Below, piece after piece: positions 1 to 12,442 of a stretch of 64,000 nt of DNA. The DNA is from Octopus vulgaris (taxonomy: Eukaryota). The stretch spans positions 96,596,001 through 96,660,000 of the forward strand of contig OX597818.1 in assembly GCA_951406725.2 (NCBI GenBank). Direction: 5' to 3'. The stretch's first letter is position 1. Each line of letters opens with the position of its first letter. A program made the position numbers and the translations under genes. A model generated the notes under the pieces. It did not search any database. It worked only from the letters and a program-made list of their open reading frames with translations, and was not told the DNA's origin.

Positions 1-466
1 ATTTATGTATCCCGAGAAAAATGTAGGGTTACACGTAAAATATCATTAACTAATACCAGGAATTACATAATTTAGAATTCATATGCACTCATAGGCACAA
101 ATATCCTACCATCTCTCTATCCATCCACCTATCCATCCATATAAACATACATATATGGTTTAATTTGCTATTAGCCACTTTAATAACTTGTAATTTTCAC
201 ATTACCATTCTACTGAATCACCAACTGATTCCAATGGTATTTTCTATAAACTGACAATGCGAGTTAGCTTAACCCTAGGCCACGAAGTAGCGTCAAAGAT
301 GGGGGATATCCGAAATTACAGATCTGACAATCTCGCTTGCTGTATAGAGATTGTCTCCCTTGTCAGTCAATAGATACTACTTTGCCCGTGGCTAAGAATT
401 GTTTTGACTCTTATTTCTAGCAATACTGGTGCTGACATACATCCTTTGTCACCTTAGTGACGATTG

Positions 467-517
<51 letters not shown>

Positions 518-556
518 TCACTCACACACACAGGCACACACGGACACGGACACACA

Positions 557-601
<45 letters not shown>

Positions 602-604
<3 letters not shown>

Positions 605-930
605 TTATTCTTTTGACTTATTTCAGTTATTCGGCTGTGGCCATACTGGGGCACCGCCTTGAGGAGGTTCGAACAGGTCGACTGCAGTAATTGTTCTTTT
701 TAAAATTGGTATTTATCTTACTGGCCTCTTAAATTACTAAGACGTAACCAACACTGGTTGTTAAGCAGTGGACAGGAGACAAACTCATCAGAAATACAGG
801 AACACACAGGTAGATATCTACGACGGCTTCTTACAGTTTCCGTTCACCAGATGCCGTGGTGTGAGACTGAATCCAAGACTATATAGTTGGGAAGCAAGTT
901 TCTTCCTCATACTGCCACATCAGCGCTTAT
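602..930 (-). mobile_element. tRNA-derived SINE family A, degenerate internally deleted copy
   Basis: Reverse complement matches the family A tail (ggcggtgccccagtatggccacagc...gaaataag) and body (aactgtaagaagccgtcgta). Confidence 0.7.
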
Positions 931-941
931 TGCTATATATA

Positions 942-1344
942 GGCGCAGGATTGTCTGCGGTATGAAGCTTGCTTCCCAACCACACAGTTCCAGGTTCAGT
1001 CCCACTGCGTGGAACCTTGGGCGAGTGTCTTCTACTATAGCCTCGGGCCGACCAAAGACCTGTGAGTGGATTTGGTAGATAGAAACTGAAAGAAGCCCGT
1101 CGTATATGCGTGTGTGTGTGTCTGTGTGTGTGTGTTGTGTGCATGTGCATTTGTGTGTCAGTTCCCCACCATCGCTTGACGACCGATGTTGGTGTGTTTA
1201 CGTCCCCGTAACCTAGCGGTTCGACAAAAGAGACCTATAGAATAAGTACTAGGTTTATAAAGAATAAGTTCTGGGGTTGATTTGTTCGACTAAAGGACTA
1301 AAGGCGGTGCTGAAACAAGTAAAAGAATAAAAGAATAGAAGAAT
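942..1344 (+). mobile_element. tRNA-derived SINE family A, near full length, with internal (TG)n
   Basis: Pol III-like head (ggttcagtcccactgcgtgg), conserved body (gtgagtggatttggtaga...aactgaaagaagcccgtcg), tail ending in aaagaata repeats; many homologues in the window. Confidence 0.85.
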
Positions 1345-1539
1345 ATATATATATACATACATAACACAGATGTTTTGCGTTTCACTGCAGCTGTTTCATG
1401 CGTAATGAACAAATATGTTACATCATACAAAAAACCGTTTTCTTAAGGTGAAAAGAGAAAATTAACACTTAGAATTTCTCACAAAATAGAACATAGTGTA
1501 GGAACGACCTACACAACCGGGTTACAGCTGATTGGTGGA

Positions 1540-2030
1540 CTTTGAAGCAGAGATATTATCCATGGCTAAAGAAGGTTACATTCTCGCCAGCTAGACGTTA
1601 TCAGAGCACCCGTTTATCAGGAGTTTATCAACACCGTCTAGTAGATGAGGCCGCAGCCGAAGCAATGGACTTTGCTACGAAACATGTTAAAGATGACATT
1701 AGGTTACACTACGTGATGAGAAGATGGCTTTTTATATCAGGCAAAATCCAGAGGTAACGTGTGAGCCGGTAGAAGCACTTGCTGAACAAGTCATGTGTCA
1801 CAGGAAAATCGTCATGCTTTGATATTTCCGTGAAAGGGATCTTCGGCCACGACTAGAAGGAATAACGATAACTATGCATGAAAACTAGAGGAATACTCAT
1901 GGCGATGCATATCAAATTCCTATCGCCTCTGATGGCCACAGAGGTTGTGAGCAACGACGGATGTGTTATACTGCCGCACCACTTCCGCAGTGTTTCAGGA
2001 TCAATACCATAACTTGTGCTGAGTTGCTAT
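1540..2030 (+). mobile_element. heavily decayed mariner-like transposase relic
   Basis: Frameshifted translation gives TTRDEKMAFY (cf. IVTGDEKW.FY), KIVML (cf. KVML) and ILPH (cf. VLPHPPYS). Confidence 0.4.
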
Positions 2031-2099
2031 ACACAAGCTGAATCAATGGAGTTACCCAGCTTCTTAGAACACGTGCATTTCAGTGGATATGGAACTGGG

Positions 2100-2385
2100 A
2101 TCACAATCGTACGGTCGTGAGTTCGATTCCCGGTGGCGCGTTGTCCTTGAACAAAACACTTTATTTCACGCTGTTCCAGTCCACACAGCTGGTAAAAACG
2201 AGTAGTAACTGCATTTCAAAGAGTCAGCCTTGCCACATTTTGTGTCACGCTGAATGTCCCTGAGAACTACGTTAAGGGAACGCATGTCTGTGGAGTGCTC
2301 AGCCACTTGCACGGTAATTTCACGAGCAGGCTGTTCCGTCGATCGGATCAATTGGAACCACAGTTGTCGTAATCGATGGAGTGCT
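2100..2385 (+). mobile_element. SINE family D (tRNA-like head plus conserved central domain)
   Basis: B-box-like gagttcgattcc followed by gttgtccttgaacaaaacac; related heads near 5440-5655(-), 5890-6015(-), 18290-18450(-) and 59750-60010(+). Confidence 0.65.
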
Positions 2386-2736
2386 ACTCTATCTCGTATA
2401 TAGCCTTAGCAACCTGGAAATGGGTGACCGAAATTTTCACGATAATGTCACCCACAACATATTCTCCAAGCTCTCCTCATAGTGAGATGTAACACATAGA
2501 GATTCAACTGCCCCACAGTGTCAAATGTCCGTTGGCATCAGCGTCAGTCAATCGATTCTGTCATGCACCGTACACGTGATCACATGAGTGCCGTCATTAG
2601 GACTGAGGTGATTTCGTTGAATAACTTCTTTTCTTATATCTATCTAAAGGAACGTGAGTGACGTTTTACCGTTCCGATATTTCTTCTGTTTGGAATTAAT
2701 TTTGTTTTTCCCAACGGAACCTAAATTTAGACACGC

Positions 2737-2769
<33 letters not shown>

Positions 2770-2817
2770 TGTATGTATGTATGTATGTATACATGTATGC
2801 ATATGCATATGCATATA

Positions 2818-2858
<41 letters not shown>

Positions 2859-2944
2859 TTCCATTTATATATTATATATCAATATGCACTTTTATTCATA
2901 CATATATGCATATATATATATATATGTATGTATGTATATGTATA

Positions 2945-3024
<80 letters not shown>

Positions 3025-3683
3025 TGTGTATGTACATGTGTATATATATATATATATATATAATACACCTATGGATATATAGAAATATGTCTACAAATAT
3101 ATTTATTTATAGAGATATTTCTATATATGTACATGCGTAAAATATGTATACATATATATATAATACATCTACAGACATATAAGAAATATGTCTACAAATA
3201 TATATGTATATATATGCTGTTGTTGTTGTTGTTCCTCTTTTTCTATTGCCACTGTGATACTTCTAATATGGATTCCTAACTTCTATGTTTCCAATACATT
3301 GGTTTCCCCACCACACACACTCACACACCCATACCCAACCTCCTCCTTACCTCTATATAACAGTATTGCAATCGAACAATTCACTTACAGGAGTTTGTGA
3401 CCACAATGAGGGGAAATTTTTTCCAATAGATGGCATCAACGCGTTTTCATAAATGAATCTCTCTCAACTTCCTTACCAAATCCGTAGCCATGGTGATTCC
3501 TTTCTCTCTTTCCATTCAACTGATGATGTAGTTGTGACGTCATTCGACGGTATTTTTCTCACTCTATATTGTCTATCGTTTTCGTTTGCTTGTTTTCCAT
3601 TTTTTACATAAACAAAAGAATCCTGCACAAATACACACATTCACATGTACACATACATACTTACACACACACACATGTTTATA

Positions 3684-3731
<48 letters not shown>

Positions 3732-3829
3732 ATCTATTCTCTATTCACACAGTGAGCATTTACAAACACATACACATATATGTGTGCATATATACATACA
3801 TTCATACATACATACATACATACATACAT

Positions 3830-3867
<38 letters not shown>

Positions 3868-3875
3868 CATGCATA

Positions 3876-3908
<33 letters not shown>

Positions 3909-4102
3909 GTATATATATATATTCATTATATATCATGTAATATAATATTAGCTGCCTATTCAGGCGGTTATATTTATATTTTGCTGGAAATAAATCTGTT
4001 ACTGCTCTTATCTAAATTAATCTGAACCGAGAAACACCTATACTTTGCAGATAAAGGATGTTCCCCTTCACCTTACCTAGTGGAATACTCCGCGCTACTA
4101 TC

Positions 4103-4124
4103 TGACGTCATTATCATGACGTCA
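4103..4124. promoter_or_regulatory. tandem pair of perfect CRE/ATF palindromes (TGACGTCA x2)
   Basis: TGACGTCA at 4103-4110 and 4117-4124 in non-repetitive, CpG-containing sequence. Confidence 0.35.
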
Positions 4125-4689
4125 GAGAAAACTACCTCGGCCTCTACCTACGTCAAAATCTTTGCATTATTTAAGCTATTTTCGATATCACTCGCAAAAA
4201 TTTCGCACTGTTTTACAACGTTAGTTTGAAAAAAGAAGCGAATTCTCGTAAACGTATGAAAAATATAACATTGAAGCAATATATTCACGATCATCGGAAA
4301 TTTTTAAAAAACAGATAATCTTATATTTCTTAATTATTATCTTCTGACTCATAAAGCAGTTTTCTTGTGGATGGGCTCAGCGTTCCATTTTATTGAGAAA
4401 GGTTTTTTTAAATAAAAGTAAATATAATTATAAAAGTAAAGAAAGACTATTTTAATTAAACAGAATCCAATTTTGCGCAGGGGTTTATTATCAGCATTTT
4501 TTACATTGCCCACCGAGTTTGTACCTCTATTTAGATATTTGATTGTATTAGTTCCCCTATGTTTAATTAATAAAGAAGGCAATGACATTTATTACGAAAT
4601 ATATTGGAATTTAGTGCATCAGGATTGTTTCTATTCACTGATAGTTGTTACGAATTGAGACCAATAATTTTTAGACAATGGAGATAATC

Positions 4690-4865
4690 GATACCAATGA
4701 CTCCAGGACTTGCCTGGCGCTTCATTTTATCAATACCGAGGGTGTGCAAAACAAAGTTGACCTCAGCGGGATTTATACTCAGAACGTAATAAAAACAAAA
4801 GAGAACAAATATCTTACAAGGCATTTCTGCGACGATCTAAAGATTCTGCAAGTTCGTCACCTGCT
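4690..4865 (-). mobile_element. SINE family B, degenerate copy
   Basis: Reverse complement of ttacgttctgagtataaatcccgctgaggtcaactttg...cggtattgataaaat. Confidence 0.6.
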
Positions 4866-4914
4866 CACTGATAATGTCATACTCATACTATAATCCCCAA
4901 AAAGTCGAGATTTT

Positions 4915-5065
4915 TTGTTTTTTATGAAAACGTATTTAAATACAATTTCCAAAATATATTTGAACTATTCCTCTGAACTTTGTTTTTTACGAAAATGTAT
5001 TTGAATACAACTTCCAAAATATATTTGAACTATTTCTCTGAACCTCTGAACTATTTCTCCTGAAC
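4915..5065. repeat. imperfect tandem duplication, about 62-bp unit
   Basis: gaaaa(c/t)gtattt(a/g)aatacaa(t/c)ttccaaaatatatttgaactatt occurs twice, followed by partial copies. Confidence 0.8.
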
Positions 5066-7258
5066 TCTGGTTTAGAAGAAAGGAATGATTTACCAATTGG
5101 AAAGAACGAAAACGGACCTTAATCACCTGCTCGTTATAGATTAAACCGTTTGCAAAATCAGAAAAAAAAGATCAGCTTATGGGAACAAAGTTTTTGTGTG
5201 TTATGAACGAACATAGAGATGGAAAGGGACGTTACGAAGTGGGCGACGGTCACTATGCACATGGAGAAACGAAAGAATAAAGAATAGTGGTACAATATAC
5301 ATTCGGCGGAATTTGAAGTCAGAACTTAAAGAGCAAGCTTAGGGGATGTCACTAGCTTTGGGAAAGTTACTTAGATTTAAGGCCTAAGTCTGTCATGAGC
5401 CCTGGAACTCATAAAGCTGGAACTTAACCCATATTCCATGGCGGGTAAATGACTGAGATTGCAACACTCTCCACAGAATGGAACACAAGTTTGTCGCAGA
5501 ATTAACTTTTTCCCAGCAATTGCTAGAACTCATTTTCCGCAGATCGGAGTGGAGCAACGTGAAAAATAGTAATTTGCTCAAGAACACAGCGCACCGCCTG
5601 GTCTGAAAATAGAAACTACAACGAGCGCAACCCTCTAACCATTAGACCATGCATTAGAAAAAAACATCCGATTTGTTTATATATTTACGATACCGTTTTC
5701 TCGACTGAAGACTAGGAAAACAATTGCTACTGCTGTTAAGGATTGCTCACTTGCCCCTCAACAGCAGATATGAAAATGAGAAACAGCAAGTATGGCGGGT
5801 TGTGGGTAAAACAACGAAAAGCTGGAAAACAAATCGAGGCATGATGTGGTGGTTTCTAGGATGAGGTGAATGTATGGTGAGAGAACTGCATCAGTACTAG
5901 GCTGGTACTCATTTTCATCTGGGTAGATTGGAGCAATGTTTAATGATACAACACACTGCCCGGTTCAGTAATTGAGCCCACGACATTATGATCGTAATTA
6001 GAACCACTAGGCCAACATCAAACAGATGAAAAGCAAATATTACAGATAACACAGATTGAAACTATCATCTCTTAAAAGAGAAGATTGATTTCTGAAATCT
6101 ATTTCAGAAGATTGATTTCTGAAGTCTAAAGAGAAGATTGATTTCTGACAAAGGTGGATGAGAGACCGAATCTAACTCTTTATATTACGTGTAGTCAGTG
6201 ATGTCATTAGTGAAGAAGAAAGCCCCTCTCCTATCATAATTTCATTAGAGAAAAGATTAAGGTTTTGTCCCTTACATAAGAGTTTCTCACTTCTTTTCAA
6301 ATGAATGTAATAAAGGTTAGTATAATTTGTGATATCGTGCGTTTCAGAACTGGTTGTCTGCTACCGTCTCATTGCTGTATATGACTTTGTCTTTCTCATA
6401 TGAGTTCTTTGGTTTAGCAAGGTATATAAATATACTCTTCCTGAAGAGAATATATAGTCTTCAAATATATAATATTTAATTTTTTTAAATTCAGATTATG
6501 CAATAGAAGCAGTTTCATAATGTAAACATTACCGATACCACATACTTAGCGTATGCGTGTTGTTTAAAAGGCAAACATCTTTAAAATGATTTTCCCGGGC
6601 GATAAATTGTAACATTTAGCGTATAAACAAAATATGCATGTTAAATATATGGGTTCGGAAATGTTCAACTTTCTAAGTTGGAAATTCTAATACTGTGATA
6701 AGTCGCGTAGCCAAGTGGTCAGTGTGTTCGGTTCACGACTATAATATTCAGGGTTCAACTCATGCACAAAGTAGTACATTGAGTCCTGAAGCAAGGCATT
6801 TCATATGTTTCTCCATTGTACCCAGTTGAAAATAAGTTTCACCTTTGTACTGGTGCAGCCTCCCTCCATGTGTCGTTCGCATATCCTGGATATGCCACTG
6901 GATCAAAGAGTGGCAGAGTCGAGATGATGTTTACATCTGCTCGTAACTACATAGGCATGTAAAACAATTTGCGAAACCATGGTGAAGGCCGGTTCTTTTA
7001 TGTAATAGCATTAGAATTTTCTTGAGCTTATTGATGCGTTACTATAAGCCCAAAGGTATTTAGTTACTTTATCTATGCTATATGAATTATGCTATACATC
7101 ATGACATTAAATTATACTGGTTAAAATCTGTTGCTGCGCTGCCGGATAAAAATATTTCCAAAACATGCACATACCTTCATAAATTGTGCAAATAATATTT
7201 AGATTGACTTTTGGTGAACATTAGTAACAGAATATAAGATAAAACAAATAAGATCATG

Positions 7259-7364
<106 letters not shown>

Positions 7365-7583
7365 TGTGCGTGTGTCTGTGTGTATTATGTATGGGTGTGT
7401 ATACATATATATATATAAGTAGTTGTATACTGTCAACTTAATGTGACAGTCCCATGAAGGGAATAATACTACTGCTATTTAGCCCTAGGAAGCAGCAACG
7501 CTTCCTGTCGGCCTTGACACATTTCTTGTGTTCTTATGTTTGCAAGGGGGAGATAAGCACCTCCATCCAGCTAAGCCTGCATT

Positions 7584-7622
7584 CAGAGACTAGTTTCTGA
7601 GTCTTTGCTCGTCATCAGTCTG
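7584..7622 (-). ncRNA. minimal type I hammerhead ribozyme (PLE-type)
   Basis: Minus strand: CAGA-CUGAUGA-C-GAG-caaaga-CUC-A-GAAAC-UA-GUC/UCUG; helix I CAGA/UCUG; palindromic helix III ACUAGU. Confidence 0.7.
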
Positions 7623-7635
7623 GAGTAGCATGGCC

Positions 7636-9319
7636 TTATTTCTTTATTATAGGCACAATGGCCTGATTATATAGAGAGGACAATACAAAATATATGCGGG
7701 GACACAAAACGAATGAAAAAATGAAAAGAGACAGCCATCTCGCCCCGCTGCGAGACGGACTGTGATTATCTCTTCATAGAACTTACTTTCTTAAACTTAC
7801 AAAAAAAAAACATTTCAAAAACATTGCTTTTTACATCTATCCTAGCTTCGCTACAATGCCAAACTGTGTCCTTTTCTTTCATTTTTTGTTCTACAGACCG
7901 TATATGTCCTTTTACAAATTACAATTTTTCTTTCTTTTTTTTCACAATGTAATTGTCTGTTCATCAATTTTTCATTATTACAATTTATTATGTTCATTTT
8001 TCTTTTTTCCATCGTAATTTTTCTACATTTTCCTATTTACCTTTTTCATCCTTTCACGTTATGTTTCTCTCCGTTTTTTGTTTTCCTCTATGCTTTTTCC
8101 TTCCTTTACCTCCTCACCGTTCTGGTTCTTCTCTCCACTGCAACTCCACATTCTGCACTCTCTCATATTCCGGTTCATCTGTATTTCTGTTCGACTATAT
8201 TTGTTCATTCTCTCTTTGCGTATCTCTGCTGTATCTCTCATGGTCCCTCTGTTTCGCCTCCTCGTAGCTTTGTGTCTCTATTTCATCTTCCGCCATCTCT
8301 GTTGGTAGCTCTTCCATAACTTTAGTTTCGCGTTGTGTTTCCTCTTCCTGGTTTTTGCTTCTTTTTATTTCTGTTTATTTCTGTTATTATTGGGGATTTT
8401 TCCTTTCGTGTTTTCTACTTTTTATTTCATGTTTTTTCCTTCTCCGCGCGTTCCTCTGTCCATTGTCTTTGTTATTCTATAACACTTTCCATTACTTCCT
8501 TTGTCACTTCCTCGACTGGTTTACAGTCTTTAATTTTATGGCCTCTCAGACCACACCTATAACATCTGGGTAGTCTACCTGTCATAATTATGTCTAATCT
8601 ATCTCCTGTTCGTAACTCTATTATTTCTGGAACTTCTTTGTAATATTGTGGCGTTACGACTCCGATTATTTCAATGTCGTATCCCCAGAAATTCTTGCAT
8701 TCGGTTTTGCTGACTAGTTCTATTTCCAAATCAAGGCTACCTTTTCGTAGCTTTTCTCCAAAAATGGCCACTATCACCCATTCGGGCTTTATCGTTGGGG
8801 GCAGACTTCCCACTCTGGCTCTTATTAAAGTATTTCCCGGCGTACTGGGTAATAGTGACCATTTTCTGCCTTCTGTTACTTGTTTGCTGTTAGTTACCGC
8901 ATCGTCTTCTTTCTCAAAAGTTACCTCTACAGTTCCGTATTCTTTTCCTTTGTTTATGAACACAATTTTGTTCTTTATACTGCTCAAAATTAGTGTCTCA
9001 ATCCCATTTTCTGGTAGTCTCTCTATCCATCTGTTTTCATTTGAAAAGGCTCGAAATTTAACTGTTCTTTCTATTTTCTTCTCTTCTTCTGGCATAACAA
9101 GTATTATTAATTTTTCCTCAAAAATTCACCAATTTGCTGTATTTTCTTAACTTCTTTATATCCCACTCTATCTGCTGATTCTTCAGTCTTCCTCCGTTCA
9201 TTGCTTCCTGTGTTTCTGCAACCTCCGCATACGTTTTCACGTCATCCTTTCTCATTCCGCCCAACATGACGGTTTCGCATCTATCGGTCTCACTTCTCAG
9301 AAACAAAACTCAAAAGAGC
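7636..9319 (-). mobile_element. Tx1/L1-like non-autonomous LINE carrying only ORF1 (HAL1-like), with 15-bp TSD
   Basis: ORF1 with CCHC knuckle; 3' end gtgcctataataaagaaa; TSD tctggagtagcatgg at 7619-7633 and 9320-9334; no room for ORF2. Confidence 0.75.
8472..9095 (-). pseudogene. LINE ORF1p-like nucleic-acid-binding protein (RRM-like region plus zinc knuckle), frameshifted at both ends
   Basis: 207 aa with VFINKGKEYGTVEVTF and CYRCGLRGHKIKDC (CX2CX4HX4C), then a K/E-rich tail continuing in other frames. Confidence 0.8.
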
Positions 9320-9336
9320 TCTGGAGTAGCATGGTC

Positions 9337-10680
9337 TTTTTTCTTTATTATAGGCACGACAAGCGGGAGCATAAAACAAATTATGTATAATTGATGGAAT
9401 GATTAACAAATAATGAGAATGAGACGGTTCGACTCACTCCCGCTGTGAGACGAACCGTGAATTTTTAACATTAATTCTCAATACCATCGGGTCTTACTCT
9501 GAGGCGAAACCACGACGATCTTCTTACCATTATCGTATAAAATGTATCATTAAGTGTTCACATTAATCTTTCTATTTTATCTTTAATCCAAATATTACAT
9601 TTTTTTCATTTTTTTCTTTTACAATTTCACAAAACAAGTAACACAAGTTCAATTCTCAGTTCATTTACAGTTCAATTCACATTTTTTTATAACATTAGTT
9701 GCATTACACTCGTAATTATACTTACCGTCTACGTTTTTTCACCACATTTATTCTTTGTACGACATTTCTTCTTCCTCTCGCTCTCCTTCTTTTCTTGTGT
9801 TTTCCTTCTCGAGTCTACCGCTTCGATCACATCTTCCTCCGTTTGTGTACCTGTAATTTCTCCCTGGTGCAAATACGTCTCTTCCATCTGTTCTTCTTTA
9901 TCTTTGAGCTTAAACAACTCTAGACTTTCTCGCTCTGTTTCGTCTTCGTTTCGCAGTTCCATCACTTTCTCTATCTCTTCTATAGGTCGTTCCTCAGTAT
10001 TACTGTTCTTATATGTTATATTCTCTGAGTAAAGAAATATATATATTATATTCTCTGCTATTCCTTTACTTTTTTCGTTTCTTCTAAAGTTGGTGACTTT
10101 TTACGTTCTCTCTTCCTACTCTTCCCCATATTCGTTATATTATTGTTCTCCATCTTCTCTTCGTCGGCTGCTTTTTCTTCCATCGTTGTTTCCAAGCTTT
10201 TCTCTACTTCTGTATTCGGGAATTTCCTTCGCATATGTCCCCTCATGCCACACAAGTAGTATTTTGGGGGTCTGCCCTGCAGCACGTTATCCAACTTTTC
10301 ACCGGTCGGTAATTCTACCGTTTCTGGTATTTTCTCATAGTATTCTGAGGTTACGGCGCAAACTGCTTCAATTCCGTAACCCAAGAAATTCAAACATTGG
10401 TGTTTTACTCACTGTTAGTACATCCAACTTTGTATTTCCTCTCTCCAAATTCTCTCCGAAGATTCCCACTATTACCCATTCAGGCTCTATTATGGGTGGG
10501 ATTCTTCTAACTCTAATTTTTACCAACTTTTTTCTGGTGTGACGGGTATGAGGGTCCACTCCTTTCTATCACTTGGTCGTTCATCTTTGCCTTCTCCACA
10601 TTTTCAAATATAACATTTACCGTGCTGTATTGGCTTCCTCAATTTACGAAAACCTACCTTCTCCACGTATAGCTACTGTG
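9337..10680 (-). mobile_element. second, diverged ORF1-only Tx1/L1-like element
   Basis: Fragments RIPPIIEPEWVIVGIFGE and GRPPKYYLCGMRGHMRRKF parallel the 8472-9095 ORF; same 3' end gtgcctataataaagaaa; shared 3'UTR motif ccgctg(c/t)gagacg. Confidence 0.75.
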
Positions 10681-10989
10681 GAGAATGTAGGTAATATTTT
10701 GCAAAGTAACTTTCAGAAATTAATTGTCTCTTACATCCAGCGTGATTAATTCGTTTAGGTGTGTTACTAGGTAAAACCATTTCCGTTGAACGTTTTTCAT
10801 CTTTTTAAAATATTGATATTAATAAATGTTTTTTTATTGGCATTTAATTATTAACATAATGTCATCTCAGTTCATTGTATGTATTTCTTTAAATCCGCTA
10901 AGCTATTGATATTATTTATGTTTTTATTTACATTTCATTATTAGCGCACAATTGTCATCTTAGTTTATTACGTCATATTTTTTGACATA

Positions 10990-11638
10990 ATGTCTCCAAA
11001 GAAGAAATCCTCCATTGGTCGAAAAACAGCGGTAGTAGAGAAATTGCAAAGAATGAGAGCAAATGAATCGTCACATGAGACTTAAATTAGGCACTCACAA
11101 AATGCTGCACGTACAGCTACTGCAGGTGCAATGGAAAGCGATGAACAGCATAGTATTTGCCTGGTCAGGAATGCTGTATTAACACCTTCAGCCAGTACCA
11201 CCCGCTGACCATATCATTTCTTTCATATAAATTTCCCTCATGTGGTACTATTGAGCGCGCTCACGGGCTAATTTATCACATAAATATAGTTCCTATGTCT
11301 GCCGATTGTTCAGCGTGGTAGCGGCAGCGCCGACATCCGCAAAGGAGAGTACGTTCACTGAGAGCTTTTTGGTGCGTTCAAAACGCACATAACCCCCACA
11401 TACAAACCACCGCCGCCACCACCACACACATACACACAATTTTCTATGACTAGGTTAGGGCCTGGAATCTTCCAAACAGACGCATGACATGTCACTTAGT
11501 TGAATTAGCCCTTCATTTACTCTACAAATGTTTTGTCGTCAATGCTGCACTTCCCCGTATTACATGTTTTAACTTAACTGTACTATATATATATACAAAC
11601 TACGGCATTTAAATCCCGAGCAACGCCAGGTAAGACTC

Positions 11639-11642
<4 letters not shown>
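10990..11642 (+). mobile_element. non-autonomous Helitron relic (5' boundary uncertain)
   Basis: MSPKKKSSIGRKTAVVEKLQRMRANES resembles invertebrate Helitron N-termini; 3' hairpin-like cccgagcaacgccagg (11615-11630) followed by CTAA (CTRR). Confidence 0.55.

Positions 11643-11735
<93 letters not shown>
11641..11735. repeat. compound (TA)n(CA)n microsatellite
   Basis: Directly visible. Confidence 0.95.
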
Positions 11736-11737
<2 letters not shown>

Positions 11738-11738
11738 T

Positions 11739-11990
11739 CTAGTGGGTTTTTGAAGTTTTCATTCCGTTATAGTGCGCTTAAAATTCCCGCGTTTTAAATC
11801 ACAACTTCTTAGTTGCTAAGGTGACAACATTCTGCCTATTCATCTATCTTTCACACACACACGCACACACACAAACACACTTAAACACACACATACACAT
11901 AAACTCACACGCAAACAACAAAAATAACAATATATCTTTCGAATCTTGCTAGTTACAATGATGACAGTAGTTTGCTTATCAGTCTATCTT

Positions 11991-12061
<71 letters not shown>

Positions 12062-12106
12062 CACACACACAAACAAACACACACACACACACACACAAAC
12101 ACAAAT

Positions 12107-12147
<41 letters not shown>

Positions 12148-12320
12148 CTCTCACTGTATTTCTCTCTCATCAACAACTTTTCCCCTCCCCATTCTTCTAA
12201 AAATACATTGATGCATTGTGACATAGATTTTGATCCCTCCCCTTCTTTGCCTCCCTTTTATATAGGTTGTGATGGACAGAAAAACACGGAGATACGCTTG
12301 TCTTTTATAATATAAAATTA
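11739..12320 (-). mobile_element. possible Helitron-like non-autonomous element with internal microsatellites
   Basis: Minus-strand start tatattataaaagacaagcgtatctccgtgtttttctgtc resembles the 41233-41617 element; ends in CTAG; no clear 3' hairpin. Confidence 0.3.
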
Positions 12321-12442
12321 TCTTTATATGTATGCATTAGTATGTTCCTATCTACTTTTACGTCGTGTTAAGGGAAGTAACTCAAATCAGATCATAATGG
12401 TATACCGTGGTAAAACCTATTTCTTAATTGTAATGGCTGTTT

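Noticed and set aside
6075-6150. Three copies of agaagattgatttctga resembling a CRISPR-like repeat
   Set aside because: Spacers are very short and related; this is a local tandem duplication in eukaryotic DNA, with no cas genes.
6435-6475. CTGAAGA-gaa..ttc-AAAT hammerhead-like motif
   Set aside because: Lacks the G of GAAA and has no convincing helix I.
8674-9150. 158-aa plus-strand ORF
   Set aside because: Antisense shadow of the LINE ORF1.
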